Virus record (IMG/VR): IMGVR_UViG_3300032050_000035
Direction: 5' to 3' (one strand)
Length of the DNA: 50,148 nucleotides
Origin: a virus
Taxonomy: Duplodnaviria > Heunggongvirae > Uroviricota > Caudoviricetes
Shown here piece by piece: positions 8,066 through 17,800 of the stretch. Each line of letters starts with the position of its first letter. Position 1 is the stretch's first letter. A program made the position numbers and the translations under genes. A model generated the notes under the pieces. The model was not told the DNA's origin and made no database searches. It saw only the letters and a list, made by a program, of their open reading frames with translations.

Positions 8066-9898
8066 ATGTCAGCTGATAAATATAAAAAATTAACAGATAG
8101 AGAACACGTACTACTTAGACCATCTATGTATTTGGGTTCGATGAAACCAAATATTTCAAATAAATGGGTTTTTGAAGATGGTAAAATATTAAAGAAAGAA
8201 ATTAATAATGTCCCGGCTTTTATAAAGTTATTTGATGAAATAATCACCAATTCCATAGATGAGAGTCGTAGAGATGGTAGTAGATTAAATGTTATTAAAA
8301 TAAATATAGATAATGATATTGTAACCGTTTGGGATAACGGGGGAATATCTGTTGTAAAAAATAAAGATGATGAGTGGATTCCAGAGATGGTATTCTCTAA
8401 TATGCGAGCAGGTTCTAATTTTTCAGATGATGAGAATAGAACTTGGGCAGGTACTAATGGTGTTGGGAGTTCTTGTGTGAATATATTTTCAGAAGAATTT
8501 AGAATATCAACTTGTGATGGTAAAAACCATTTTACTCAAGTTTTCTCTAAAAATATGAGTGAGAGATCTAATCCTATTATTAAGAAATCAAAAGCAAATC
8601 ATACTGAAATAACTTATAAACCAGATTATGAAAGATTTGGTTTAAATGGTATTGATGACGATCATTTTAAAATGATTGAGAAAAGAGTTTATGATTTAGC
8701 TGCCTGTAACACACATTTAAAAATATATTTTAATGACTTATTGCTAAATTTTAATACATTTGAAGATTATATTAAGTTATATACGAGTGAATACTTCTAT
8801 GAAAGTAATAAAGATAAAACATGGTCTATCGCAGTTGCACTTTCAGAAAACGGATTTCAACAAGTTAGTTTTGCTAACTCTACGGAGACTTATGATGGTG
8901 GTACACACGTTGACTACATAATGGGTCAGATAATCTCACAGATGAGAGAATTCTTCTTGAAAAAACACAAAGTTGATATTAAACCATCTGAGTTGAAAAA
9001 TCATATGACACTTTTCTTAAACTCAACCGTTATCAATCCTAGTTTCTCATCACAAACAAAAGAGAAATTAATTACTGAGGTTAAAGAATTTGGTTCTACA
9101 TTTGAAGTATCAACTAAGTTTATACAACAAATACTTAAATCCGAAATTGTAAACTCTATTTTAGATTGGATTCAACAAAAAAAGAATGCTGATGATAATA
9201 AATTACAAAGAGAGTTAAATAAAAAACTATCTAAGATTAAAGTGGATAAACTAATTGATGCTAAAGGTAAAGATAGATGGAAATGTTCATTGGCTCTTTT
9301 CGAGGGAGACTCTGCTTCTGGTGCTTTTAGAAAGTATAGAACTCCTGAAACAATGGGTGCTTTCTCATTAAGAGGTAAGTTTATAAATGTTTCTGAAATA
9401 TCTAATCAAAAATTAGTTCAGAATACAGAGGCTGTTAACTTAATGGCGGCAATTGGTTTGAAATTAGGTCAGAATATAGAACTTAAAACATTAAGATATG
9501 GTAGAGTATTGATTTACACTGATGCTGATGTTGATGGTAATTCGATATCTGGATTATTGATAAACTTTTTCTACAAGTATTGGCCTGATATGTTCGAAAG
9601 AAGAATGATTTATAAGGTTGAAACTCCGATAGTAGTAGCAACACCTAAAGATAAAAAGAAAAAGAAAGCTCTTTTCTATACTCAAAGTGAGTACAATGAT
9701 TGGGAATCTAAAACAGACTTAAAAGGTTGGGATGTTAGTTATAAAAAAGGTTTAGCAGCTTTGGTTGATGATGAGTATGGTGACATCATTAATAATCCAA
9801 AGTTAACACTTATAACTAAAGATGATGTCTCTGAAACTTCATTAGATGTTTGGTTTGGTAAGAATTCGGATTTAAGAAAGACTGAGTTATTAAAATGA
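8066..9898 (+). CDS. Type IIA DNA topoisomerase, ATPase/TOPRIM subunit (T4 gp39+gp60-like, GyrB/ParE homolog)
   Basis: REHVLLRPSMYLGS, DEIITNSID, DNG, GTNGVG (GHKL ATPase); FEGDSA, LRGK, TDADVDG (TOPRIM). Confidence 0.95.
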   Translation: MSADKYKKLTDREHVLLRPSMYLGSMKPNISNKWVFEDGKILKKEINNVPAFIKLFDEIITNSIDESRRDGSRLNVIKINIDNDIVTVWDNGGISVVKNKDDEWIPEMVFSNMRAGSNFSDDENRTWAGTNGVGSSCVNIFSEEFRISTCDGKNHFTQVFSKNMSERSNPIIKKSKANHTEITYKPDYERFGLNGIDDDHFKMIEKRVYDLAACNTHLKIYFNDLLLNFNTFEDYIKLYTSEYFYESNKDKTWSIAVALSENGFQQVSFANSTETYDGGTHVDYIMGQIISQMREFFLKKHKVDIKPSELKNHMTLFLNSTVINPSFSSQTKEKLITEVKEFGSTFEVSTKFIQQILKSEIVNSILDWIQQKKNADDNKLQRELNKKLSKIKVDKLIDAKGKDRWKCSLALFEGDSASGAFRKYRTPETMGAFSLRGKFINVSEISNQKLVQNTEAVNLMAAIGLKLGQNIELKTLRYGRVLIYTDADVDGNSISGLLINFFYKYWPDMFERRMIYKVETPIVVATPKDKKKKKALFYTQSEYNDWESKTDLKGWDVSYKKGLAALVDDEYGDIINNPKLTLITKDDVSETSLDVWFGKNSDLRKTELLK

Positions 9899-10278
9899 TG
9901 GAAGTTTTATTATATGGAGATTTCGGATATGAAATACTTTACATAAAATCACCAATTAGAGCAATTTATGATACAGTTGGTGATAATCACATGATAACTA
10001 TCGAAAAGTCATCTTTAAAATCAAATAGTTTGATAGAACTATCTAATGGATATTTGATTATTCGATATAATCAATATGATAGACTTGGTAATATCATAAG
10101 GTCTGTCATTTTTAATATAGTTGATTTTGGTGAAAATGATCTTAATTACTTTTTCAAATTCTCAAAAATAAAAGATGTGTATTTTGATAGAAAAGAATCT
10201 AAAAAAGATTTAATTGATTTGGATAATTACATCAAATCTTATATAAGAGATTATAGATTAGATGAGATATTTGATTAA
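9895..10278 (+). CDS. Hypothetical protein with C-terminal RDYRLDEIF motif
   Basis: 127 aa ORF with ATGA overlap to the topoisomerase stop. Confidence 0.75.
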   Translation: MMEVLLYGDFGYEILYIKSPIRAIYDTVGDNHMITIEKSSLKSNSLIELSNGYLIIRYNQYDRLGNIIRSVIFNIVDFGENDLNYFFKFSKIKDVYFDRKESKKDLIDLDNYIKSYIRDYRLDEIFD

Positions 10279-10327
10279 TCTGAATTATTGAAGTAGATTT
10301 TTTGATATATAAAAGAAAAATCTAATT

Positions 10328-11743
10328 ATGAGTTACACACCTACAACCTGGGACTACACAGTAAATTCAAAGAATGAAAAGATATATAAAGATCATATTT
10401 TAAATATTGTTCAAGAGAATTTATTAACCATTTCAAAGTTTATAGATGATTTTAGAGATGACGCTCGTTATGATATAACTATTGTTCAAGATAATGTTAA
10501 TGCTAAAACAGTTCATGATCCAAGTGTTTCAATTATCGGAATGTTTGTTTCTAAAATTATTGAAGGACTTGGAGTTATATTTCCAGCTGGAACAGCGGCT
10601 GCTATAATAACAACTATTGCTTGTAAAATTATAAGTGGTATAATATCAACTTTAACCACAGATAAATCAACTGATGTTTACAATAAAATCTTAGATGCTT
10701 CTAATGATTTAAGAGATGCTTTAGAACAAGTTTGTTTTGGTATTCAATTACAAATCGGTAGATGGCTTGATGATATGAGATCAAATTGGTTGGTTGAGTT
10801 TGAGTGCGATGGTAATAAATACCCTGAATTTAAAGGTAAAGTAAAATTAGCTGATTTTGCTGACACAGAAGAATACTTCCCTAAACCAGCATCGGCTGAT
10901 TATATCTTGATGAGAGAAAAGTTAAGTAAAGATTCTAAATATGAATCAGCGTCAATATTACTACCAGTTAGATGGAAAATAAGAGCTCATAGAGGATTTC
11001 CTGCTGATGGAATATCCAATTTTGTTAAAGGTTGGACAGTTTGTTTCTATAAAGTTAGAAACAGATCAACTTGGGATAAATGGCATTCAAGTCAAGAATT
11101 TCCTAATATCCCTAGTTACTTATCTGGAGATATTGAAGGTCCTTATGAATATACAGAGAAGGGTGATGATTCTACAAAACAAAGAATTATGGGTTGGGGT
11201 CAAGAGTATAAAGATTATCCTTGGTCAGATGGTCAACAATTTAGAGATTCGAGACAATGGAATGGAACTCGATGGATGGGTATTTCTGGTAATAATAAGC
11301 TAGAGTTGGAAGATAATAAAAACCTTAAAAGTGGAACATCTTTTAAAGATTGTGTAGATGATATATTAAATGGGTATTATAGTGGTTGGGAACAAAATAC
11401 AAAAAATTATCTTCCTAAAACGCCGTCATATTATCTTTGGTATAAAACAAAAAGAAATAATGAAAATATTGAAATAATCAATGATAGAAGAATTTGGACT
11501 TTAATGGGTAATGATTCTACAATAGATTGGGCTTATGACTCTTATGATATATTTCATTGGGGAAGAGCTTATAGAGGAATTACTTTTAATCACTATACAT
11601 TAGTTGATCAAGATAGTAATTACGCACCAAGTGTTTTATGTAAATGGTTATTCATTGATAATGGACATGGTAAAATCGTAAACGAACATGGAGTTGCTAA
11701 TATGGAAGATGTTTATCACAAATGGAATTTAAAATTTGAATAA
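10328..11743 (+). CDS. Hypothetical protein; helical N-terminal half with a long hydrophobic hairpin, Trp-rich C-terminal half
   Basis: 471 aa ORF; SIIGMFVSKIIEGLGVIFPAGTAAAIITTIACKIISGIISTL segment. Confidence 0.8.
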   Translation: MSYTPTTWDYTVNSKNEKIYKDHILNIVQENLLTISKFIDDFRDDARYDITIVQDNVNAKTVHDPSVSIIGMFVSKIIEGLGVIFPAGTAAAIITTIACKIISGIISTLTTDKSTDVYNKILDASNDLRDALEQVCFGIQLQIGRWLDDMRSNWLVEFECDGNKYPEFKGKVKLADFADTEEYFPKPASADYILMREKLSKDSKYESASILLPVRWKIRAHRGFPADGISNFVKGWTVCFYKVRNRSTWDKWHSSQEFPNIPSYLSGDIEGPYEYTEKGDDSTKQRIMGWGQEYKDYPWSDGQQFRDSRQWNGTRWMGISGNNKLELEDNKNLKSGTSFKDCVDDILNGYYSGWEQNTKNYLPKTPSYYLWYKTKRNNENIEIINDRRIWTLMGNDSTIDWAYDSYDIFHWGRAYRGITFNHYTLVDQDSNYAPSVLCKWLFIDNGHGKIVNEHGVANMEDVYHKWNLKFE

Positions 11744-11744
11744 T

Positions 11745-11774
11745 AAAAAAACCCTCAATTAAGAGGGTTTTTTT
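11745..11774. terminator. Bidirectional intrinsic terminator
   Basis: AAAAAAACCCTC-AATTAA-GAGGGTTTTTTT between convergent genes. Confidence 0.85.
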
Positions 11775-12756
11775 ATTTAAAGAAATCTTTTATTTTATCA
11801 AGTTGTTTATTTAAAATTTGATCATTAACACAATCAATTATATATCTTAATGTTTCTTCTCTTGAATCGTCCATTTCACTTCTATCTTGTTCATCTATAA
11901 TAAATTGAAGTCTAAGAAACTTATCTAGTGGTAATTGTTGGCATTCATAATCAACACATTTTGATGATGCTTGTAGCATAACCGTTGAAATAGGAACAGC
12001 CCAATTTAAAGCTCCCCACTTTTTAATTGGTCGGTGCCACCATTTTCTTCTATACCCTAACTTTTCGGAATGGAATCCGGTTCCTAATGAAAGTAATTGA
12101 ATATCCTCAACAGTTATATCTGGGTTTCCATATTTATATCTAAGTGTATCCGCAACAGCTGCCATGGCTGGATTGTTAATATAAATACCACCATCAACTA
12201 AAATTCTATCAACATCGTTATAGTTATATTCGAATGGTGATAAATATACAGGAGCCGCACTTGTTGCTCTACAAACATCTTTTAGTGGTAGATCAAATCC
12301 ATACTCATTAGTTCTTCTACTTTTAAACATAACAATTTCATTATGTATTATATCATATGATGTGACAATTATTGGTTTAAGAACTTCTGATAGTCTTATA
12401 TCACCAAAGTATTCAGATAATTGATCTTCTAAACCATTCTTTTTATATTTTGGTAAAAAAATTGATCTTATTCCTCTATATTTCTTTTTTAACCAAGTGT
12501 TTTGTTTTGGGAATATTTTATTACCATTGGTGTTGTAAAGATCTATTAGTTTATCAACTGTTAATACTGGTTTTCCATTTTTTGCCGCGGTTAATCCACA
12601 TGCTATTATACCACCAGTTGATGTACCAACTATCAAATCAAATAGTTCATAAATTCTTTTACCAGTTATATCTTCAATTCTCTTCAGAATAATTAATTCT
12701 GCTAATCCTCTCAAGCCTCCACCATCTAAGGATAAAATTTTAAACTTCTTTTTCAT
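11773..12756 (-). CDS. Patatin-like phospholipase
   Basis: LSLDGGGLRG (oxyanion), GTSTG (nucleophile GxSxG), ATSAAP, DGG (catalytic Asp). Confidence 0.93.
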   Translation of the reverse strand: MKKKFKILSLDGGGLRGLAELIILKRIEDITGKRIYELFDLIVGTSTGGIIACGLTAAKNGKPVLTVDKLIDLYNTNGNKIFPKQNTWLKKKYRGIRSIFLPKYKKNGLEDQLSEYFGDIRLSEVLKPIIVTSYDIIHNEIVMFKSRRTNEYGFDLPLKDVCRATSAAPVYLSPFEYNYNDVDRILVDGGIYINNPAMAAVADTLRYKYGNPDITVEDIQLLSLGTGFHSEKLGYRRKWWHRPIKKWGALNWAVPISTVMLQASSKCVDYECQQLPLDKFLRLQFIIDEQDRSEMDDSREETLRYIIDCVNDQILNKQLDKIKDFFK

Positions 12757-12809
12757 AAAATTATATATAAATAATTTACTTTTTCATATTTATTTTATAG
12801 TTTTGTATT

Positions 12810-13124
12810 ATGAGAGATCGTGCTTGGAGAAGATCAACTTATGAGAAAGTCACACTCAGAAGATTGAGAGAAAATTTGTATAAATCTTGGTGGTATTATA
12901 AAGATGCCAATGGGTATTATATACAAAATGCGGTCTTGCCTGATTATATAGGAACTGAGTATCATCGTAGTAAGAGATATATCGGTAACTATGGTAAAGA
13001 TAAATATTCTCCAAATAAAAGTAATAGAAGAAAAAGTTTTCCAAGACCTGGAGATACACCAAATACAAGAGAATGGAATAAGAGATATCTATTAAAAATA
13101 TTAAAAGAAAATGGAATTAAGTGA
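12810..13124 (+). CDS. Small basic hypothetical protein
   Basis: 104 aa Arg/Lys-rich ORF coupled to the next ORF. Confidence 0.7.
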   Translation: MRDRAWRRSTYEKVTLRRLRENLYKSWWYYKDANGYYIQNAVLPDYIGTEYHRSKRYIGNYGKDKYSPNKSNRRKSFPRPGDTPNTREWNKRYLLKILKENGIK

Positions 13125-13659
13125 TTTAATACCAAGAAAACCAGGATATTCTATAAGTGGAGATATTCTACATTTTAAGAAATTGATCAATATACCTATT
13201 TGTTATATTGATACTTATGATGTTGCTTATGTTTTCTTAGATATGAGAATAAAGAAAGAAGTAATTAGATTTGTTCAACATTTAATGAAAATTGGAATTG
13301 AATTTTATTTTGCTTATCCAGATAGTGCTAATCCATCGGGTGTTTTAAACTATAAGGAGAAAGTAATCTATCACTATTTAATTATCTATTTAGGTATCTT
13401 TGAACACGAAAGTAATGATAGAAGTTTATATCTTGGTTTAGAAAGAGTAGGTCTTGATTATTTTAAAAACTTAGTTAATTGGTGTTTAAAAGAAGATTGT
13501 TTACCAGTTTTGAAAAAGATTTACGATGAATTAAAACCAAAAGTTGAAGCTAATTTTTACGATTGGTATTCAAAAGATAAAAGATATAATTATACTGATG
13601 AAGTTAGAGAAGATTATAAAACACTTTGGAGAGAAATACAACTTAATATGATATTATAA
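13111..13659 (+). CDS. Hypothetical protein with C-terminal REIQLNMIL motif
   Basis: 182 aa ORF ending TLWREIQLNMIL immediately before a terminator. Confidence 0.75.
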   Translation: MELSDLIPRKPGYSISGDILHFKKLINIPICYIDTYDVAYVFLDMRIKKEVIRFVQHLMKIGIEFYFAYPDSANPSGVLNYKEKVIYHYLIIYLGIFEHESNDRSLYLGLERVGLDYFKNLVNWCLKEDCLPVLKKIYDELKPKVEANFYDWYSKDKRYNYTDEVREDYKTLWREIQLNMIL

Positions 13660-13687
13660 AAAAACCCACCAAATTTGGTGGGTTTTT
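13660..13687. terminator. Bidirectional intrinsic terminator
   Basis: AAAAACCCACCAAA-TTTGGTGGGTTTTT between convergent genes. Confidence 0.85.
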
Positions 13688-13705
13688 ATTTTGTTATTTT
13701 TCTAA

Positions 13706-14188
13706 TTAAGAAATTTTAACAGTTCTGTAATTAGTATTAGAAACACTTTTAGGGATCATAATTGTTAAGATACCATTATCATACTTAGCTCTTGTTTCAG
13801 ATGTTTCTGCGTTATTAGGAATATTAAATTCTCTTGTAAAAGAAGAATAGTTATATTCTCTGTATGAATAATTTGTAGGTCTTTCTGATTTATTTTCAGT
13901 AGCTTTAACAGTTAAAGTTTGATACATACTGTTGTTTGAGTAAGCAACCTCAAAAGATTCTTTTGTGTAACCAGGTGCTGCGATTTCAAATACGTAACTA
14001 TCAGAAGTTTCATAAGTGTTAACACTTGGTGTAGTTGGTGTGTAGTTTACCCAGTTAGTAACTGTGTTTAATGCTGGGTTGTTTGTGAATGGTGCTACAT
14101 TCCACAATGAAAATGGAGTTTCAAGTAGAATAGAATTAGTGTTGTTAGTGTTTTCCCAGTTGAATGGGAAGTTGTTAGGTTTGTTCAT
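13706..14188 (-). CDS. Small heat-shock protein (Hsp20/alpha-crystallin family)
   Basis: PSVNTYET..YVFEIAAPGYTKESF, REYNYSSFTREFNIP, AKYDNGILTIMIPK. Confidence 0.92.
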   Translation of the reverse strand: MNKPNNFPFNWENTNNTNSILLETPFSLWNVAPFTNNPALNTVTNWVNYTPTTPSVNTYETSDSYVFEIAAPGYTKESFEVAYSNNSMYQTLTVKATENKSERPTNYSYREYNYSSFTREFNIPNNAETSETRAKYDNGILTIMIPKSVSNTNYRTVKIS

Positions 14189-14298
14189 TTATTAGATTTA
14201 TTTTTTATTTTATATTATTGATAATTAAAATAGTTTAAAAACTATAAAACATAATAACATATTTATACTATATACATTATAAAAAATAATAACATGGA

Positions 14299-15270
14299 AT
14301 GTTAGTAGATTTAATTATTGATGGTAACTATATTTTAAGTCGTTTAGTTTTTACTTTACACAAAAATAATTTACTTTATGGTGCTTTACACCAATCATTA
14401 GAAAACACAATAAGAAATTACAGAAAATGGTTTCCTTTTGCGAACGTTTATTTAGTTTCTGACTCTAAAGAAAAATCTTGGAGAAAACAAATTATAAGTG
14501 AATATAAAGCCACTAGAAAAAAAGATTCAGATATAGATTGGAATTTTGTTTATCAAACATATGGAGAATTTAAAGAAGAGATTAAATCAATCTCTAAAAT
14601 TTTAGAAGCACCTCACGTAGAAGGTGATGACTGGATTTCTTTTTTAGTTGAAAAGGCAAACTCAGAAGGTCGTTCAACTGTGATTGTATCAAATGACTAT
14701 GATATTAAACAGATAGTTAATTTTGGTGTTGATCCTTTATACATTAATATTATGACTAATGAAATGTATAATAAAGAAAAACTTTTCTTACCTAAAAACT
14801 ATCAAATATTTTTAAACAAGTTATCTAAATTACCAAATGATGATATTTTTGATCTAAATGATAATAGTGAGTTTATTGGACTTTTGAATAGATTTCTTAA
14901 TAAATATGAGATTAATGAAATTAACTCAACAGAATCATTAATTATTAAGATTATATCAGGTGATACATCTGATAATATTGAATCTGTTTGGTCACAAGTT
15001 AAAAATGGTAAGAAAAGAGGAATTGGTGCGAAAGGCGCGAAAACTATTTATGATCAGTATATATCAGAGTTTGGTGAAGTAAATTTAAAAGATCCAGATT
15101 TATATGAGAATATAGCGGACTTAATTTGTGAGAAAAAGAAATTAAGTAAAACTAAAATTGAAGATATAGTTGATAATATTAAAAGTAATATGAAACTAAT
15201 TGATCTTAGAATAAATAACTTACCAACAGATATTGTTGATAAAATGTATAATGTTTATGATAAAATTTGA
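14299..15270 (+). CDS. 5'-3' exonuclease / T4-like RNase H (FEN/PIN fold)
   Basis: LIIDGNY, SWRKQIISEYKATRK, VEGDDWI, VSNDYDIKQ, GDTSDNI, NMKLIDL. Confidence 0.85.
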   Translation: MLVDLIIDGNYILSRLVFTLHKNNLLYGALHQSLENTIRNYRKWFPFANVYLVSDSKEKSWRKQIISEYKATRKKDSDIDWNFVYQTYGEFKEEIKSISKILEAPHVEGDDWISFLVEKANSEGRSTVIVSNDYDIKQIVNFGVDPLYINIMTNEMYNKEKLFLPKNYQIFLNKLSKLPNDDIFDLNDNSEFIGLLNRFLNKYEINEINSTESLIIKIISGDTSDNIESVWSQVKNGKKRGIGAKGAKTIYDQYISEFGEVNLKDPDLYENIADLICEKKKLSKTKIEDIVDNIKSNMKLIDLRINNLPTDIVDKMYNVYDKI

Positions 15271-15754
15271 TTTTGATAAAGCTATTTCAAAATGGTCTCC
15301 TGTAATAGAGAATACCATAATGAAACACAAATATACTTATTGTAGAGATTTAATTGAATCAATAAGTATATTTTGTGAATGGTTTTCTCGGAATGAAGAT
15401 CAAAAAATTAATCAATATAATCAATATGCCAGTACTTGTACTACATTAGGTCAGATACCTAATGGTACACCGGGTAGTGGTGATTATGAAAATCCATTAC
15501 CAGGTAAGCTTAAAGATATTTATGAAAAATTAAAATCAATTGATCTTAGAGTTGAAATAGTTGGTGAGTATTTGAATATGGCAACTGGACAAGTTGAATA
15601 TAAATTAGCTGATGGTAGGTATATACCAAAAGATTTTAAAAACTTTAAACCATCAGAGGATATTTATTTACAAGTTTTCGATCATGATTTCCTAACTTTT
15701 TGGAAACCGGATATTATAAGAGATTGGAAACTTAATAATATTTTAAATGGCTGA
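15233..15754 (+). CDS. Hypothetical protein with C-terminal RDWKLNNIL motif
   Basis: ORF between the exonuclease and the next gene; likely start ATG 15257. Confidence 0.7.
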   Translation: MLIKCIMFMIKFDFDKAISKWSPVIENTIMKHKYTYCRDLIESISIFCEWFSRNEDQKINQYNQYASTCTTLGQIPNGTPGSGDYENPLPGKLKDIYEKLKSIDLRVEIVGEYLNMATGQVEYKLADGRYIPKDFKNFKPSEDIYLQVFDHDFLTFWKPDIIRDWKLNNILNG

Positions 15755-16148
15755 GATAACTGATATTGCTAGAGCAATTTTTCAAAAAAGAAGTGAATGG
15801 TCAAATATAACGGATGAAGATAAAATCAAGTGGTTTTTTATATTCAATCGATATTTTTCTAAAATTTACCCTGATAAAGCACAACTTTTAAATCTAAAGA
15901 ATATAGACAAAGTAATGGCTATGGATATTTGGTATCATTTTATGAAAACTGAGCCTTATCCAGATAATTTTTGGAGTAAGACACCCAAAGTTGAAAAAGA
16001 TATTCCAGATAAAGATTGGAAGATGCTTAAAAAACATCTTAAAGTAAAAGAAGAAGATTTAGATTACTTAATCAATAAATTTCCAGATTTTATAAAAGAA
16101 GAGTTAAGTTATTCAAAGAAATTAGAAAAAGAATTTAAAAACAAATAA
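15747..16148 (+). CDS. Possible clamp-loader small subunit (T4 gp62-like)
   Basis: FFIFNRYFS...AQLLN...WYHF...WSKT pattern and size resemble gp62; replication context; weak recognition. Confidence 0.4.
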   Translation: MAEITDIARAIFQKRSEWSNITDEDKIKWFFIFNRYFSKIYPDKAQLLNLKNIDKVMAMDIWYHFMKTEPYPDNFWSKTPKVEKDIPDKDWKMLKKHLKVKEEDLDYLINKFPDFIKEELSYSKKLEKEFKNK

Positions 16149-16153
16149 TAGTT

Positions 16154-16711
16154 ATGGTTACAATAGAGAAAAAAACTAAAACAAATTGGTACGTAGTTAG
16201 AACAGCTACAAATAAAGAAAAATCAGTTGCTGAGAAAATTCAAAAGCAATCTGAGACAGGTGATCTTATGAATAAGGTTAGTCAAGTTATTGTTCCAACC
16301 GAAACATCATTTTATCTTAAAAATGGTAAAAAGGTTAAACGTGAGAAGGTTAAATTCCCAGGTTATATCTTTGTTCAAACAAACGCAATTGGTGAGTTAA
16401 AATACTTCTTAAAAGGTACAAATGGTGCTGGTGGGTTCTTAACCAACAGAGCGGGTGATGTAGTTCCTCTTTCAAATGCTGAAGTTAGTAGAATGATTGG
16501 TGAGTATGAAGAATCTAAAATTGAGAAACCAGAAGAAATGAGTAAATATTTACCAGGAGAAGAAGTTACTATTTTAGATGGTCCTTTTTCTAACTTTAAT
16601 GGTAAAGTTGAGTCAGTTAAAGGTGATAAAGTTAAGGTTGAAGTTTCTATCTTTGGAAGAGTTAATCTAATTGAATTGGGTACACTTCAAATTGATAAAA
16701 AGAGAGATTAA
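16154..16711 (+). CDS. nusG: Transcription termination/antitermination factor NusG
   Basis: NGN domain (WYVVRT..KEKSV, FPGYIFV) and KOW domain (GEEVTILDGPFSNFNGKV..KVEVSIFGR). Confidence 0.92.
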   Translation: MVTIEKKTKTNWYVVRTATNKEKSVAEKIQKQSETGDLMNKVSQVIVPTETSFYLKNGKKVKREKVKFPGYIFVQTNAIGELKYFLKGTNGAGGFLTNRAGDVVPLSNAEVSRMIGEYEESKIEKPEEMSKYLPGEEVTILDGPFSNFNGKVESVKGDKVKVEVSIFGRVNLIELGTLQIDKKRD

Positions 16712-17052
16712 TTATAAAGAAATTTTTCATATTTTTCTTCATCTTTTAAATTAATTTCCATTACAGTTTCTTTTAATGGTGTTGTGAAAGTTACTATAAC
16801 ATAAGTTAGGTAATCTGTTTCAACACCATTTAATAATTCATCTAATAAAATATCTCTTTCGGAATCTTTATCTAATCTTTCACCAGTATCAATCCTTAAA
16901 TTAATTTTCCAAGGTAATCTTTTATTAACATAACTAATAACAGATGTTTTGTAAACATTTGGCTGTCTCATTTGTCTTTTAAATAAGAATAAAGAAAATA
17001 TTACTATTCTAGTTATGTATTGGTGATAAACTTGATTAACATCTAATTTCAT
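16708..17052 (-). CDS. Hypothetical protein
   Basis: 114 aa ORF; internal SERDILLDELL resembles the C-terminal motif family. Confidence 0.65.
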   Translation of the reverse strand: MKLDVNQVYHQYITRIVIFSLFLFKRQMRQPNVYKTSVISYVNKRLPWKINLRIDTGERLDKDSERDILLDELLNGVETDYLTYVIVTFTTPLKETVMEINLKDEEKYEKFLYN

Positions 17053-17236
17053 AGCTTATTTATTAAACTATTTACCTTCTGTTTTATCAATTTTGATCAA
17101 TTTGAAAAGTCTTGGATAGTAAATATTTTGTTTTTAGTTTCATAATCAATAGTTTATATATTATCTAATAATAATAATTATTTCGGGAAGCTTTGATTTT
17201 ACTAAAAAAATGGTTATTATTGTAAAAATTTTTTTT

Positions 17237-17770
17237 ATGGCAAGAAGTTCGGAAAAATGGGAACACCAATTTATAATAGCAAAGACCCTATTAGAGTCAA
17301 TGGAGCCTTATAAGGATAATGATGATTTGATTAGATCTTTTTGTGTTGGGTTGAGAAATCCAATTGTTTTTGATAATCAAGTTACTGAAGCTTATCACTT
17401 TCTACCTTATAAATTAGAAGAATATGAAAATGTTAAAGGTCCTCTTACAGAAGATCATTTAATCGGTATTAGTAATATAGTTCTTTATATCTTTAAAAAT
17501 GAAATCTATAAAAGATGGAATACAGTTGAAGATTTTAAAAGAACTTTAAAAGCATTCCAAGTTTTACTTACAGTACCAAAGGCATTAAACGATAAAGGTT
17601 CTTATAAACATGGTTGGCAATTTAATGTTGATAATATTAACGAATGTATAAGTTGGGATGTTAAACTTAAAAATGAGAATATTAACTACCTAATTGATGA
17701 ATCTGGTAATCAAGTCTCTGTTGATGATGTTTGGAATGAATGGTATCAACAATACTCTGACTTTTTGTAA
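17237..17770 (+). CDS. Hypothetical protein, possibly degenerate HNH-like
   Basis: In-frame ATG 17237 chosen over 17210; TEDHLIG...LTVPKALN spacing is reminiscent of a beta-beta-alpha-metal core. Confidence 0.6.
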   Translation: MARSSEKWEHQFIIAKTLLESMEPYKDNDDLIRSFCVGLRNPIVFDNQVTEAYHFLPYKLEEYENVKGPLTEDHLIGISNIVLYIFKNEIYKRWNTVEDFKRTLKAFQVLLTVPKALNDKGSYKHGWQFNVDNINECISWDVKLKNENINYLIDESGNQVSVDDVWNEWYQQYSDFL

Positions 17771-17800
17771 ACAAAACTAGTTTTTAGTTATAAAATAGAC

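Noticed and set aside
1008-12756. NTase-like ORF and patatin as a phage CBASS system
   Set aside because: They are about 10 kb apart in different transcription units, and the NTase lacks recognisable CD-NTase features
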